From Felis catus (taxonomy: Eukaryota): 64,000 nt of DNA. The position numbers and the translations under genes are program-made. Positions 46,409 to 59,900 of the stretch are shown piece after piece; positions within the stretch are counted from its first letter, which is position 1; each line of letters begins with the position of its first letter. The notes beneath the pieces were generated by a model, which saw nothing but the letters and a program-made list of their open reading frames with translations, was not told the DNA's origin and did not search any database. The DNA lies in assembly GCF_018350175.1 (NCBI RefSeq), contig NC_058383.1, positions 14,448,001 to 14,512,000 of the forward strand, read 5' to 3'.

Positions 46409-48121
46409 AAATGCATAAAAGTGCCTTTTCCTGTCTTCTATTTTTGAAAGCCGTGATAAGACCATAGGACCCCGAGATGGAAACAGAACCTTCACTGTGC
46501 CTTAGAGTGCTCTCTTGGCTACTCTTCCAGATTAGCCACGTACTGGGTCCCTAGGAAAGGGATCTTGTCCTTTACTTTAGAAGTTTAGTAAAATTATCTT
46601 TTCTTTGATCATGGTCTCTGGGGCTCATTTTTTAAAATGGGTCAGCATAAGAAAAGAGACTGTCTCTCCCGGGTAAAGGTCTAAGAACCTGTTTATTGTT
46701 CACTCCTTCGTGCTGAGGGACCAGTAGACCCCAAGGGCTCGTCTGCCCAGCTCCTTTGCTTCCAGGGGATTTTTCCGACGCTCAGTCCTTTGGAGCGATG
46801 GTCCTACGGGAAAAGAGCCTGAGGGGCAGGGCCACAGGCTGGCCGGCGTTAGAGCATATCACGCAGCGGAAGGGGGACCCAGCACGGAATGCACATGAGC
46901 GGAGCCCCTGGAGCGTGCCACACGACAGCTGTGATGTTGGGCAGGTAGAAGTCCTGCTCTGCAGGCTGACGTTGTCAGATTGCTCTGTGTATTCGTCCGA
47001 CTCTTCTGGGCATTCTTTTCCTGGGGCTCTCTGAGCACAGAGTGATAGTTTTACTACGCATTGAAATAAAAAACGAGAGCCTGCTTTCCCAAGTGATAGA
47101 AGCATCAGTTCAAACGCCGAACACAGCGGCCGTGAAGACTTACCGCGAGCGGCCGGAACCCTGGGTCTTCAGAAGAAGTCCTGTCGTCCCCAGAATGAGT
47201 GGCCTTTGTTTGCAGTGCTCCGTGGGCCTCTTCTCACGCACACCTGTGTCTCCCTTAGCTTCGCCAGGCTTTATTCTCGGATGCGGGCGCTCGCCCTTGC
47301 TCTAGTACAGTTTGAGGTTTCTCCCTGTGTCACTTCGGGATCTGCCTCTTTCTGGATGTGGCCTCTCTCAGAAGCTGACCCGACTCTGTCCAGTGGGGGC
47401 TTTACCACTACCGTTCATGGGCCGGGAGGCTGGCCTTCGGGTCTGGCTTCAGGAGGAGATCCAAGGACCGAGGCCAGCGGCCGACTCTTCAGTAAATGTG
47501 GATTCTCCCAGCCACGTCCAAGACCCTGTGGCAGCGGGGAGTGGACAGTCGGCTTTTGGGTATCAATGGGAATCTTCCTCACAAGACCCCGGGCTGGACT
47601 TTGGGGGGTCCAAAGGGAGACGAGCCGGGGGTCCTCATGCTTAGACTTTCCTCACAGCCCATCTGCTCCTAACATCCCCCCCGGTCCCCCTCCTCTCCGT
47701 CTCTTCCCGCCCGCGTTTTGGCCTCTTCAAGGCCAAGTTCTCCCTCTAAGTTTAAGTGTCTTTTGACCGACACCCTTCACCTGCCCCTTTCCATCTTCCT
47801 GGATCTGGATCTCCTTCTTTCTTTCAGAAGATGAGCTCCTCAGCTCCCTGGAGAAGGGCACGGGGCTTATCAGAGGCTAACGAAGTGAGCGATGGGGAGT
47901 TAGGGAGCTGCCCCAGCAGTCGACATGCCATCCTGGGGTCCCCTCTTATCATGGCGGAGGCAGTTCCCACGGAGCGCGGGGAGGTCAGCGTGGGGTGAGA
48001 GCAGCCCTTAGGTCAAGGTGCTCGTGGGTTCTCGGTACCAATTGCTGCCTCTCTTCTCAATGAGGGCCCGGGGGTGGGGGGGGCGGGTGGAATTAAACCA
48101 GATCTTAAAACAAACCCACTG

Positions 48122-48280
48122 GGGATGCCTGGGTGACTCAGTCCATTAAGCGTCCAACTCTTGATTTCAGCTCAGTTCATGATCTCATGGTTCGTGAGTT
48201 CGAGCCCTACATTGAGCTCTGCACTGACATTGCGAAGCCTGCTTGGGATTCTCTCTCTGCCTCTGTCCTGGTCTGTCTTA

Positions 48281-48311
<31 letters not shown>

Positions 48312-48337
48312 AAAATAAATAAACTTAAAAAACAACT
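48122..48337 (+). mobile_element. Can-SINE (older)
   Basis: Head, CT tract, tail and degraded TSD aaa(c/t)ccactg. Confidence 0.92.
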
Positions 48338-48429
48338 TTAAAAAATCCACTGGAAGGAAAAATGGCATAAAGAAAAATTAAAGAAAATGACTGGTGATTT
48401 CATCAGTAACCTTCATCCATTGTCCAGAG

Positions 48430-48918
48430 CCCTTGTTCTCAAACTCTTTGGTGTAAGCTCCCCTTCACAATCCTAAAAATCATGGGGGACCCTCAAAGGG
48501 TTTTGACATATGTATCTCCTATCTATCCGTTTTTACTGTTAGAAACTAAAGTGGAAGTTTCAAAAATATATATTAAATCATTCAGAACAGCAACATACAT
48601 AGCACATGTTTATGAAAACTAAGTGTATTTTCCAAAAAAAAAAAAAAAAAAGCTATAAGGAGATTGTTCCACTGTCTTGCAAATCTCTGGATGTCCAGCT
48701 TACTAGACAACAGGTGGTCCTCATGCCTGCTTCACACATTCCATTAGTCGTCAGAGCCATGGCATCATCCCACATGATGGGGCCTTTGGAAGATTCCACT
48801 CGTGAGACAATGAAAGCGAAAAACGTAAATGACATCTTGGTATAACTATGACCTCGTGGACCCCTGGAAAGGTCTCAGGGACCGCGGGGTCTCCCGGAGC
48901 GTACTTTGAAAACTGCGG
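48430..48918. mobile_element. Charlie4a/MER119-like hAT element
   Basis: gttctcaaactctttggt...tgacctcgtggacccctggaaaggtctcagggacc...actttgaaaactgc. Confidence 0.75.
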
Positions 48919-48985
48919 CTGAACTGCGTAACCAACTCCGCGTTGCTTCTTTGGTCTGCAGCCTTTATAAATCCAGACTCCAGGT

Positions 48986-49472
48986 TGTTAAGGAAACAGA
49001 AACATTCAGTGCCGCCTGTGCAAGATGGTAAGCAGACATCATCGAGGACCACCGTGACAGGCGCAGGGGCCGGTGCAGTGGGAGGTCTCAGTCGGGGAGA
49101 GGGACGGGACTCCACTCTGAACCCAGCGTGGGCAGGTAGGAATTTACAGCCATGGAGCAGGGTGGCGGGGGGTGGGGGTGGGGTCAATGGACAGGACATT
49201 GTTAAGAGGAAATTTCCAGGGGTGAAGGGAGTTCTGGCCACACCCACCTAACAGGACTCTTGCTGAAGATGGGCCAGAATGTCAGATAGTACCTGGGGGG
49301 TGGTGGAAGACGAGGAACCTGATTGGTCAGATACCCACATCAGGGGTTCTTGGCCAACTGACTTAGTGGGGCTCTTGCTGGAATTGGAGTGTCCAAAGAA
49401 GTGTACAGAGGGGCCCAGGAGCAGGTTCAGGAGGTTGTTTAATGTTTAGTCAAGCAAAAAAATCTTTGTCCA
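48986..49472 (-). mobile_element. MER67-like ERV1 solo LTR
   Basis: The reverse strand begins gacaaagatttttttgcttgactaaac, contains ttcagcaagagtcctgttagg and ends ccttaaca. Confidence 0.75.
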
Positions 49473-49793
49473 AGTATTTGCCTTGTCTTAGAGACTTATT
49501 TTTTCTCCTCTCTTTTTAAAACTGCTTATAAGTTTTTAGTGTTTCTGTGTTTTGTTTCTTCTGTGGGTGGGGGCGTGGGCAAGAGTAGTGGTTCAGAGAG
49601 GGGGGAGTCTGACGGGTGCCCGGGAAGGTTCCTGGAATTATGGGTGCTGTGAACCCTGGGTTTGAGTCCAGGGCCCATGAGCTGCATTACTTCTCCTTTC
49701 TGGACCTCATTTTTCCAGTTTCTGAAATGAGTGAGTTCAACGGCCTCCAAAGCTCTGACAGTGCGTGTGTTTCTTTAAGACTTATACTAGTGA

Positions 49794-49990
49794 GGGGGGC
49801 TTGGGTGGCTCAGCCTGTTAATGTCTGACTTTGGCTCAGGTCATGATCTCAGGGCTCATGCGTTTGAGCCCCATGTCGGGCTCCCTGGAGCCTCCTTCGG
49901 ATCCTGTGTCTCCCTCTGTCTCTGCCCCTCCCCCGATTGCACTCTGTCTCTCTCTCAAAAACAAATATTTTTTAAAAATTTGAAAAAAAG
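49794..49990 (+). mobile_element. Can-SINE
   Basis: Head gggggcttgggtggctcag, CT tract and A tail. Confidence 0.9.
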
Positions 49991-50024
49991 ACGACACCAG
50001 CAAGGCCAGCTACCTTCTCCCACC

Positions 50025-50396
50025 TGTTACCAGCTAAATTATTTCTACCTGACATTCATATGTTTGCGCCTAACTCCCAGCATCTCAGAGTGTGACTGTA
50101 TTTGGAGACAGGGTCTTTAAAGTAGTAACTAAGCTCAAATGAAGCCATTGGGGTGGGCCCTAATCCAATCTGACTGGGGTCCTTCTAAGAAGAGGAGATA
50201 AGGACACAAATATGCACAGAGGGAAAAAAATGGCCGTCCATGTGCAAGCCAAGGAGAGAGGTCTCAGGAGAAACGCAACCTGCCAACACCTTGACCTTGG
50301 ACTCCTAGCCTCCAGAACTGTGAGAAAGTTGATTTTTGTTGTTTAAACCTCCAAGTCTGTGGTACTTTGTTACGGCAGCCCTCGTGCATGAATGCA
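50025..50396 (+). mobile_element. MLT1B-like MaLR solo LTR
   Basis: TG..CA ends, gggtgggccctaatccaatctgactgg and cctccagaactgtgaga. TSD ccacc/ccatc. Confidence 0.88.
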
Positions 50397-51365
50397 CCAT
50401 CCAGGATGTTCTCTGAGCCCGCATCCGAGTGTTCAGCGGGCTATTGCTTTTAACGTGGTCTGAATTCTTTGCGTTTGAAACAGCTCCTCTGGGAGAAGAC
50501 GAACATAAGCTAAAGATTCTTCTGAAGAAATACATCATCTGGGCAGTTCCAGAGAGTGCTCAGGGGGCCTGGGCACTAAATGTGTCTGTGATGCTTCTGT
50601 AACTTTGGTTTGTCTCCCAAGCGAAGAGAGGGTGAGAAATGATAGGCATCTTCAAGGTAGAACGAATCTACCTTTGGTTGAGGAGAAATCGGGAAATGAA
50701 TTTGAGTCTTTGGTGTCTGGCCAAGGCTCGTGCTAAGCCTCGGGAAGAGACGGTGACCGTAGGAGCCATGATGTTCCTCAGACTTTCTACCAGGGCAGTT
50801 CTAGGCAGGATTTCAAAGCTGGCGGATGGGGTGTGAGGGCACTGGTGTCGGCACCTCCAGCCGATCTGCGTGAGCCCAGCTGGAGACGTTCTGGTTTTTA
50901 CTGATGGACTTCCAATGACCTGTGGCCTTGGGGAAAAGGAACATGAGTTAACAAAACCTCGGGCTCCTTTTTTTCCTCCCCACAGTGCGTTCCTTGGAAC
51001 GCCAGTTCCATGGGTCGTCATAGGTGTCCTGAAAAATTAAAGTAGTCGTATGTAAGCAAAAGTAATAGGGTTCGAAGATCCTGACAGAACTGGAAGTTAA
51101 GGGGGCTTCGCTACTGAGTGGGCATGGCTCCCCAGCTCTTTGCAATGCTGAGTGTGCTGCAGGTGTATCAGAGAGAAGCAGTTCCCAGACTGGTGCTTTA
51201 AGCAGAGAAGCTTGCTGTGCACTCCAGAACAGCCCCTCCAGATGGTGCACGGGGCTCCCGTGGCTGCCCTGAGACGTCCGGAGGACAAGCAGTGAGTGGT
51301 CACAGGGTAAATGGCAGAGGAGCAAGAATATTGAACATGACCAACCAGATGCATGACCGTGGCTG

Positions 51366-51455
51366 CCTCCTCCTTCCCTTCCTCTCCCTCTTCCTCCCCC
51401 TCTCCCTCCTCCCTCTCTCCCTCCTCTGTTATCTCCTCCTCCTCCTCCCCTCCTG
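51366..51455. repeat. CT-rich low complexity
   Basis: (cct)-like polypyrimidine tract. Confidence 0.85.
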
Positions 51456-51538
51456 CCAAAGAATCACAAAACCCAACAGGTAGTTTATAGATAAGGGAAC
51501 CTGCTAAAATCCATAGTTAAAAAAAAAACAGTGTGTAT

Positions 51539-51577
51539 ACCCTCACTATAACACACACACCCTCACTATAACACACA
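51539..51577. repeat. 20-bp tandem duplication
   Basis: accctcactataacacaca(c) x2. Confidence 0.9.
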
Positions 51578-51717
51578 AGGGACATTGAAAGGTGATTTGC
51601 AAGAATGTGTATATTTCAACCCTCCAGCACAACTACCAGCTGACAAGACCCTCCTCCCCACACACATTTCCAGATCCCCCCTGGCGGCAGCCCAGCACCA
51701 CCGCGATGCTGCTTCTT

Positions 51718-52477
51718 TTTTTTTTTTTATATGAAATTTATTGTCAAATTAGTTTCCATGCAACAGGCAGTGCTCCTCCCAGCAGGTGCCCTCCTGGATG
51801 CCCATCACCCACCCTCCCCTCCCTCCCACCCCCCATCAACCCTCCGTTTGTTCTCAGTTTTTAAGAGTCTCTTATGGTTTGCCTCCTTCCCTCTCTGTAA
51901 CTTTCTTTCCCCCTTCCCCTCCCCCATGGTCTTCTGTTAAGTTTCTCAGGATCCACATAAGAGGGAAGACATACGGTATCTGTCTTTCTCTGTGTGACTT
52001 ATTTCACTTAGCATCACACTCTCCAGTTCCATCCACGTTGCTACAAAGGGCCAGATTTCATTCTTTCTCATCGCCAAGTAGTATTCCATTGTGTATATAA
52101 ACCACAATTTCTTTATCCATTCATCAGTTGATGGACATTTAGGATCTTTCCATAATTTGGCTATTGTTGAGAGTGCTGCTATAAACATTGGGGTACAAGT
52201 GCCCCTATGCCTCAGCACTCCTGTATCCCTTGGGTAAATTCCTAGCAGTGCTATTGCTGCATCATAGGGTAGGTCTATTTTTAATTTTTGAGGAACCTCC
52301 ACACTGTTTTCCAGAGTGGCTGCACCAGTTTGCATTCCCACCAACAGTGCAAGAGGGTTCCCGTTTCTCCACATTCTCTGTAGCATCTATAGTCTCCTGA
52401 TTTGTTCATTTTAGCCACTCTGACTGGCATGAGGTGATATCTCAGTGTGGTTTTGATTTGTATTTCCCTGATGAGGA
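51718..52477 (-). mobile_element. Young felid L1 3' end (0.76 kb)
   Basis: [35 protein letters not shown], poly-T and TSD gcttctt at 51711-51717 and 52478-52484. Confidence 0.96.
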
Positions 52478-52497
52478 GCTTCTTGAACCATATGTGG

Positions 52498-52697
52498 CCT
52501 GCGTGCTTACTGAGAGTGATATGGTCCCCAATGGGACAGCATGCAAACAGACATACAGAATGTCTGTGGTGTTAAAATTTCATGGCGGGAGAAAGAGTGG
52601 GTGGCTGCCAGGGGGAGAAAAATGGCTACAAATGTTCCGGTTTGGGGCAGCAGGGACAGGGGGGTGGCAATAATGAAAAGAAGGTTGAGAAACATTG
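52498..52697 (-). mobile_element. MER112-like element, internally deleted
   Basis: Homologous to 31531-31768 (aacagacatacag..tctgtggtgttaaaatttcatgg...ggttgagaaacattg). Confidence 0.7.
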
Positions 52698-54126
52698 ATG
52701 TGTAGTAACAGACCACATCTTTTCTTCCAGTCGATCACAAGCTGATACTTTAATAAAAGGCAGTAAAAATGGATGTCTAGAAAAATAAAATGGGAGGGTA
52801 GGGAGAAACAAACACAAGGCCCACTTTTTTATTATTAAGTTCAACCGACTGAAAGTTACTCAGCTGAATTACTATAAATGCCTTCAAAGCTTATTCACGA
52901 TATCCATCCGAATCTTTTTTGCAGACCGTTCGGGGACAGGCAGCGGTCTGTGGGCCACACTTTGCGGAGCCCTGATCTGGGGACGCTGGCGGGGGGAGAG
53001 AAGCAGGGGTGCTCGGGACAGGCCTCGGGGAGGGCATCCCCGAAGGGTGTCGAAGCAGCAGCGGGAGTTGGCTGGTGGGGAAGGAAGAGGCGTGTTTTAG
53101 CAGAAGGTGCAGCCCGGACAGAGGCACCAAGTCGGAAGCTGGTGGCCCCGATGGGTGAAGATGAATGACGAGGTGTGGCTCCGGCAGAGGGAGGGGCCGA
53201 GGGGGAGAGGCGGCCAGGCAGATTCTAATGGAGATTCTAGATTGAGATTCTAATGGCACCCATGGACCCCCTTCCCGAAGACTGAACAATCTGGGGGGAT
53301 GGTTTTGCCATCCATGGGTCCATCGGAGGCTCCAGATCCAGAACTGGGTGCAGACAGTGGAGCTGATCCCTCTGAACCCTCCTTCGGAGGTGAGCTCCTT
53401 CCCTCCCTATGTCTGTGGGTCCCAGCTGTGTGCTGACCAGAGATCTGGGGGGAAAGCCAAACCCTTCCCTTGGCGGGGCTTCTATGCCAGAGGAGCAGAG
53501 TTACTAAACCCTAGACATCCCGTGAGCACAAGGGCTTGATGTTCTCCCGGCACCACCTCCCTGCCCCCAGGGCAGTCTGGTTCTCCTTCCCCTCCCCCCC
53601 CCCCACCTGACCTCTCCCTGTCAGGCCACCTCTGCCTGTGGATCCCCTCTTGTGCACTTCCCGTGAGCTGCCACTGGATGAGCTGTGGTGGCGGAGGCCA
53701 CTCGAGACCGGGATGTCATTACGCTTTGGGGATTGGCACATATTTAGTGGGCAATTTCATCAGTGTTTGTACGGATTGAAAAAAAAAAATGAACTAGCAA
53801 GTGGAAATGTACCCAGAGAGGCAGCTGGGATAATTGGCCTTCACAAACACACAAGAAGTACTCTTCTAAAAATACCGGGGCAACACTGGCAAGGCAGGCC
53901 AGGGACTCAACTCAGCAAGAGTTGAAAACGGCAAGGATGAAATGTTTGGATCTTCTGGTACAATCCAGAAACGGTGGAGGCTGGGGCTGGGGACTCAGGG
54001 GGGAGGTGCCATTTTGGATGTAAAGAAATGAGGCAGAGCTGCTATGGGCCGCACGGTTGGGTTTGTACCCCAAATACCAGGTGTGAGTGCTGAGGCCGTG
54101 GGCTCAGCAGCCGGATCTCTGGTGCG

Positions 54127-54740
54127 TTTCTTTGTTCGACAAATATTCATCGAGCACCTGCTGCATGCCAGGCCCCGTGCTGGCACCGGGAATGCAGCAT
54201 AGTCCCTGCCCTCATGGAGCAGACGATACGCAAATACATAATATGGAATAAGGGGACAGAGGTTGGGGATGGGGGGAGAGAAGACCGTTTTGAGTAACAT
54301 AGGCGGCGAATGTTTGGGGGATAAGGAGGTATTTAAGTAATAGGCCCGAATGAAGTTAAGGGACAAGTCATGTGGACTTCTAGGGGAAGAATACTCCAGG
54401 CAGAAGGGACAGCAGGTGCAAAGGCCCCGCGGTAAGAACAAGCTTGGCCCAGTTGAGCGACAGCAGGGCATCAGTGTGGCTGGAGTGGCATGAGTGAGAG
54501 GAGATGGCAGAACAGAAGAGGAAGACCATTGCCCGTTCTTTGAGTTTGCCGTGTGCTCTGAGTAAGGTGGGAGCCATGGGAGGGTTTTGAGCAGAGGAGT
54601 GATGTGTTTGGTTTACATCCTGTAGGATCCCTCTTTGCTCTGTGGGGATTCTACTGTTGGTGGGGCAAGAGCAGAAATGGCCCGGTTAGGCAGTTAATAA
54701 TCCAGGTGAGAAATCACCAGGTGGCCTCGACTCAACTTGA
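54127..54740 (-). mobile_element. L2a-like 3' region
   Basis: ttcgacaaatattcatcgagcacctgctgcatgccaggc, gtccctgccctcatggagc and gggagccatgggagggttttgagcagaggagtga. Confidence 0.85.
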
Positions 54741-56883
54741 AGACAATGGCAGACTTTGGGGAAGAGAAAAATTAGCCAGCAGCCGGTTGAAGATTTTGAG
54801 GGCCTGAAGCAAACCTTCCAGCACCCTCTGCGGGGGTCCCAGAGGCATGTCAGATGGGGATCCTTTAGATGATCTGGAGATGTTTAGCCCAAAGACAGAA
54901 AGAAAAGGGACAGGGGGCCTGAACCCTTTCTTCAGATACCTGAAGAGATGCTCTTAACGAGGAGAACCATTAGGGCTGTAGATGAGGAAGTGTCTCTGTC
55001 CAGCCTCGCTCTCCCCGCAAGGACAGGCTGCTTGGGTGATACGAGGTCCCGTCACCGGAAGTGAGTGAGCCCTGAGGGCCCCCCTGCCAGGATGCTGTGC
55101 ATTCTGGGAGCCGCCCCAAATCAGAGTCGCCTGTGCATTCATTCATTCACCACTGAAATCTACAGGGTGTGAATATCGAACACGATCTGGCCCAGCCCTC
55201 GGAGAGGGGAGGCAGTGCTGGGGGGGGGGGGGGTGCCAAGAGGGCACAGAAGGGTGGTCGCTGTGGCCAGTGTCGGGAGCACAGCGCCATCCGCCGTGCC
55301 GGATGGAGCTGTGGGTCTGTGTGTACAGGGGGCCTGGCTGAGGAGTGGACCTGGCTCCTTTGTAGACACCGACAACCCGGCAGGGGGTGTGGCGCGTGGG
55401 AAGGAGCCGTGGGGATGGATGCCCAAGGCGCCAAGTTCAGGTAGGCGGACAGGCTTCCAGGTGCCGGGCCCGCGGGAGGCATGCGAGGCGAGTTGTGCGC
55501 ACATGCGTCGCAGCGTAGGCGCCCTGCCCGGGGTTCTGGCATTCTTTTCGATGTTTAAAATGCTGCGTCAATCATCATTTCTCTCGACTTCTGGGTTTTT
55601 ACGGCGCCCTTGGGACGCTGCGTATGGGGAGTGCCTCACTCGTCTAGCCCCAGACGCAGCTCTGCTCTGGACTGGGAAAGTTTCCCCATCGGCAGCCTCC
55701 ACGGGCAACGTGGGAGGCTTGCATCATAGCAAGAGGCCTTCGAAACCGTGGCCCATGCACCCGACGCCTTACGGAAGGGGCAGCCAGGCTGGACGGTTCG
55801 TCCTGAGGTCCGGGCTTACCCCTCCGGTTGGCCGGTTACGTCTGGGGAGGTTCCGGCAGCACCCATCCGAAGCGGGACCCCGTTCCTTTACCCAGCAGGG
55901 AGCGTTCAAGGGGACCGTGGCCGAGGAAACGAATGCAGCTGTGGGTATGTGCCGCCTCATTATTTATTTATTTAGGGAGATCGGCCGCTCTCTCCGCTAA
56001 TCTTCATATAACATGCCTCATTGCCCGCTGAAGGGCCTGAGAGGTTGCTTGGAGCATTTGTTTGGCTGAATTTGTTTTCGAAGTCCTGTTTCTGGTTGCT
56101 CATTAATTGCTCGCCTGGAAACACCACAGAGGAAGTGAGTTGTACTCGAGGGAAGCCAGCGTATGGCCCATCCAGGCACCGTTGGCATCGGCAGGTGGGG
56201 ACTGAAGGAAGAAGCCCATTTTTACTTTCCATTTGCAGCCATATGCTCTCAGCTGCATCAAGAATTTTGAGGGCAGCAGCGCTGGGCAAGGCAGGGACAA
56301 AGGAGGGGAAGCTTGTGCTTAGGGCCCAGACCCTGCTCAGAGGGGGCACCTGCCTCACAGTGGAGCCCCCCCACCCTCTATGAGAAGGCCCCTTCCCCTC
56401 CCCGCCTGTGTCTGAGGCGGCCAGGCCTATCCACCCTGGTTCTAGACCCCACCCGGGTCCTAGCTCCCCTGGAGTTATGTCCTGAGGAGTATCCCATGCC
56501 TTCCCATCCCCACCCCCCAGAGAGCGCACTTTGACAGAGGACCAGCTCCCTGGGGGATGTGAGGCCTGGGGCAGGGGTGAGGAGGCATTAGGGAGGGGGC
56601 TGTTTGGACGGGTGGGTCTTCCCTCTGCACCCAGGCACTGGCCCCTGCGTCTTCTCCAGCTTCCCTCAGACCCCTGGGCTGGGCTGGCCCACCCCTTTGG
56701 TGGCTGTGTCGTCTCTGGCACCTCCTTACACCTTCTAGGCCATGGGATTGTTTGCAGATGTCTTTGATTCTGGGGCATTCCCTCCCCATGCTTTCTCCGG
56801 AAGAATGTTCTGGGTACCTCAGCAAGGATTAGGCCGAGGCAGCCAGACTCAGTTGTCTTCAGGCCTCCGTTACTCAGTGGCTA

Positions 56884-57102
56884 TTTTTTTTTTAAGTTTA
56901 TTTATTTATTTTGAGAGAGAGAGAGAGAGAGAGCATGAGCAGGGTAGGGGCAGAGAGAGAGAGAGGGAGAGAGAATCCCAAGCAGGCTCTGCACTGTCAG
57001 CACAGAGCCCGATGCGGGCCTCGAACCCACGAACCGTGAGATCGTGACCTGAGCGAAAACCAAGACTGGGATGCTTAACTGACCGAGCCCCCCAGGCGCC
57101 CC
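56884..57102 (-). mobile_element. Can-SINE
   Basis: Full SINE with degraded TSD ctc(a/g)gtggc. Confidence 0.93.
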
Positions 57103-58129
57103 GCTCGGTGGCCCTTTATAAACAAGGAGCATTGTTTCAGTGAATTCTGTTTTTAGAATTTTTCCCCCTCGAATGCTGTTTCCAGCAGGGCCTGCTTCCT
57201 GCCCTGTGCAGCACCCCAGCCGCCGTCCCTGGGGTGACGGGGTGAGGTGCAGGCCCGCTCTGTGCCCTGAGGCTGCAGGTCTGAAGCCCACTGGCCAGCC
57301 TGGCTCTTTCTGGTGCCCAGTTTGGGTCACTTTCTGTGAGACGGGCCGAAGGTGGGCGGGCCCAGAGGAACAGCGCCAGGGGAGCCGCTGACGGAGACCT
57401 CTGTTCCCACTTAGAGCTCCCTCGGGAGCCCGGGGGGCTGGTGGTACCAGGATCGCGTGCCACACGTCCACCCTCCTGCCTTGTGAAGCCCCACTGTTAA
57501 GCGCAGGGGAGAAGACCAATCAGAGAGCATATTTCCTTACACAGCGGCGTGTGTGGACAAGCCAGAAGTGAAATGTATTCAAGAAGGGGCTCGAGCAATT
57601 CGGGGGAAAGGAGTTCAACAGGTAATAATAATTAAAACAAGAGTTGGTATCTCCCCCCCCCACCCCGTTTTGGGGAAGGCATCACGGAGGGGAACGAAGA
57701 CACCCAAGTCTGAAGTTGCAGGCCACGTTCTGCCCCTCGTTCGCTACGAAGCAAACGTCGCTTGACTTCTCAAAGCTGCGGGGTTTCGTTATGAAGTGGA
57801 AATTCCAATTGTGGGAATTAACTGAAATAACCTACAGAGTGCCCAGTCCTGGGCCTCGCGCATTGGCCATGGAATTCCTAGGTTTCAGAGGATTGTAACG
57901 TTCATATAACAAGGGCATCCCAATGTCACGTGTCGGCAGTGGGGGCCTCGCAGATCATAGAACTGACTTGAGGAGCCGGTTTTATATTCGGAGACCAGGT
58001 TTCCTGAGAATCCGGAGCCCGCCAGTTAATATTCTGCGAATCGGCAAACGCCCGCAACGTGTGAGGCATCGCTGTCGGTGTGCTGGGGTTGTGACGAGGG
58101 ATCAGAGAGGCAGGCACTGGCCCTGGGTG

Positions 58130-59200
58130 ACTTGATGGCGTGCTGGGGACATGAATAGGTGAGCAGCAAGCAGAATGGAGATGCTACGGCTGGAGAAGTA
58201 AGGATACGTGTGTCGGGCAGGCAGCCCCAATCCAGGGCCAGGGAAGCTTCTAGAGAAAGCGACCTCGCGATGGGACCCGAGGATGAGGGGGAGAGGTGGT
58301 GGGGTGGCTGAGGAGTGCTGTGGGCGTTTGGGATTGCAGGTGGCAGAGCTCACGGCAGGGACTGACACTGTCGCCCTGGGGCTGGAGCAGGAGAGGTTCG
58401 TGGCGGGGAGACAGGAGCAGACCCTCAGACGCCCGCTCTTATGGGCCTTGTGGGCCTTCTCAGGGCAGCGTGGAGCCACAGAACAGATGGGAGAAGGGGG
58501 CACCAAGGCACGACTTGCACGTTAGAAAGTGCATCCTGGCGGAGGCGTTGGGTGACGGAGATGCAGTGAGACCACTCAGGAGCCCCCCCCCCCATCCTCC
58601 CAGGAAGACGGCGGATCAGGAAAGTGGCAGCAGAGATAGAAAGAAGCAGGTGCTTTTAGAAGCTGTTTCAGAGGGAAGACCACCAGATCCTAGCCGTAAG
58701 TTAGCTTTGATATGAAAGGAGAGGGAAGGGGGTGCCCGGGGGGCTCAGTCGATGGAGCCTCTGACTCTGGATCTCAGCTCAGGTCATGATTTCACAGTTC
58801 GTGAGTTTGAGCCCCGCGTCGGGCTCTGCGCTGACCGCGTGGAGCCTACTTGGGCGTCTGTCTCTCCCTCTCTCTGCCTCTCTCTCACAATAAATAAACA
58901 ACTTAAAAACTAAAGAAAGAAAGGAGAGGGAAGTTCCCAGGTTCCTTCTTTGGACAACTGGGTGAGTCCCATTCACTGAGATGGGAGGAGCACATTTCAC
59001 GGTGAGTTTCGGATACGTTTCTGAAATCCGCAGCCCATCCAGGCAGAGGGACGAGTAGCCCAGTTAGATTTATAGGTCAGAAGCTCAGCAGAGAAATACA
59101 AGCTGGGGACTTGGCGTCAGCAGCGTGCACACTGCCACCCACCACAGGGGGCTGGTGAGAGGGGCCCTGGGGGAGCCCCAGTCCAGGGGAGATGCCCTCC
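58130..59200 (-). mobile_element. L2 (degraded) containing Can-SINE 58729-58918 (+)
   Basis: gggaagcttctagagaaagcgacc and ttggacaactgggtgagtcccattcactgagatggg. The SINE has a perfect TSD gaaaggagagggaag at 58714-58728 and 58919-58933. Confidence 0.75.
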
Positions 59201-59279
59201 AGGGAGGAGCCACCAGCATGGTGGAAGGACCAAGAAGCCAGCCAGTCCTTACCAGCTCCCTGCTCCCTTCTTGGCGAGG

Positions 59280-59900
59280 GTGCCTTCACCTCCTGTCTGG
59301 ATCACTGCTGGAGCCTCCTCCCTGCTCACCCTGCCTCTTCCCTGCCCCTGCCCCCCACAGCCCATCCTGACACAGCAGTCGATACTCTTAATACTTAAGT
59401 CAGATCACAGCGCTCCTCTGCTCCAAAACCTTCACTAGCTCCCCATTTCACTGGAAGGAAAAGCTAAAGTCCTTTCTGTCTCCTACTGACCCTCCAGGGA
59501 CAGACCACCTGCCCGGCTATTCTCCCGCCTTCTCTCCTTCAGCCCCACTGACCTCCCGGCTTTTCCTTGAGCTTCTGCCACAGGACCTTTGCTCTAGCGC
59601 CTCCCAGTGTCTGGAATGCTCTTCCCACAGCTCGTTCTCACCACCTTTGTGTTACAGCTCTCCCTTCCGCTGCCCATAACCCAGCCCTGCTGAGTCCCCC
59701 ACCTCCCTTCGCTTCTTTTGTCTATAGACTTATGACGACCTTCCAATGTGCTACATAATTTACTTACTTACTTCTTATGTGTATCATTTAGTGTCTCTCT
59801 GCCCTTGTTGAAATATCAGCTCCACAGGGCAGGGACCTGTCAGCATTTTTTTTTTCCTGGTGCCTGACACATAGCAGGTGCTCCCTAGATGAATGAGTGA
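59280..59900 (+). mobile_element. L2 3' region
   Basis: aagtcagatcacagcgctcctctgctccaaaacctt and agctccacagggcagggacc...gtgcctgacacatagcaggtgctc..gaatgagtga. Confidence 0.85.

Noticed and set aside
51097..51459. Glu-rich ORF
   Set aside because: Artefact of the CT-rich low-complexity tract.
55215..56778. 261-aa (+) and 268-aa (-) ORFs
   Set aside because: Low-information G/P/R/S-rich translations expected in GC-rich DNA, with no domain or splice support.
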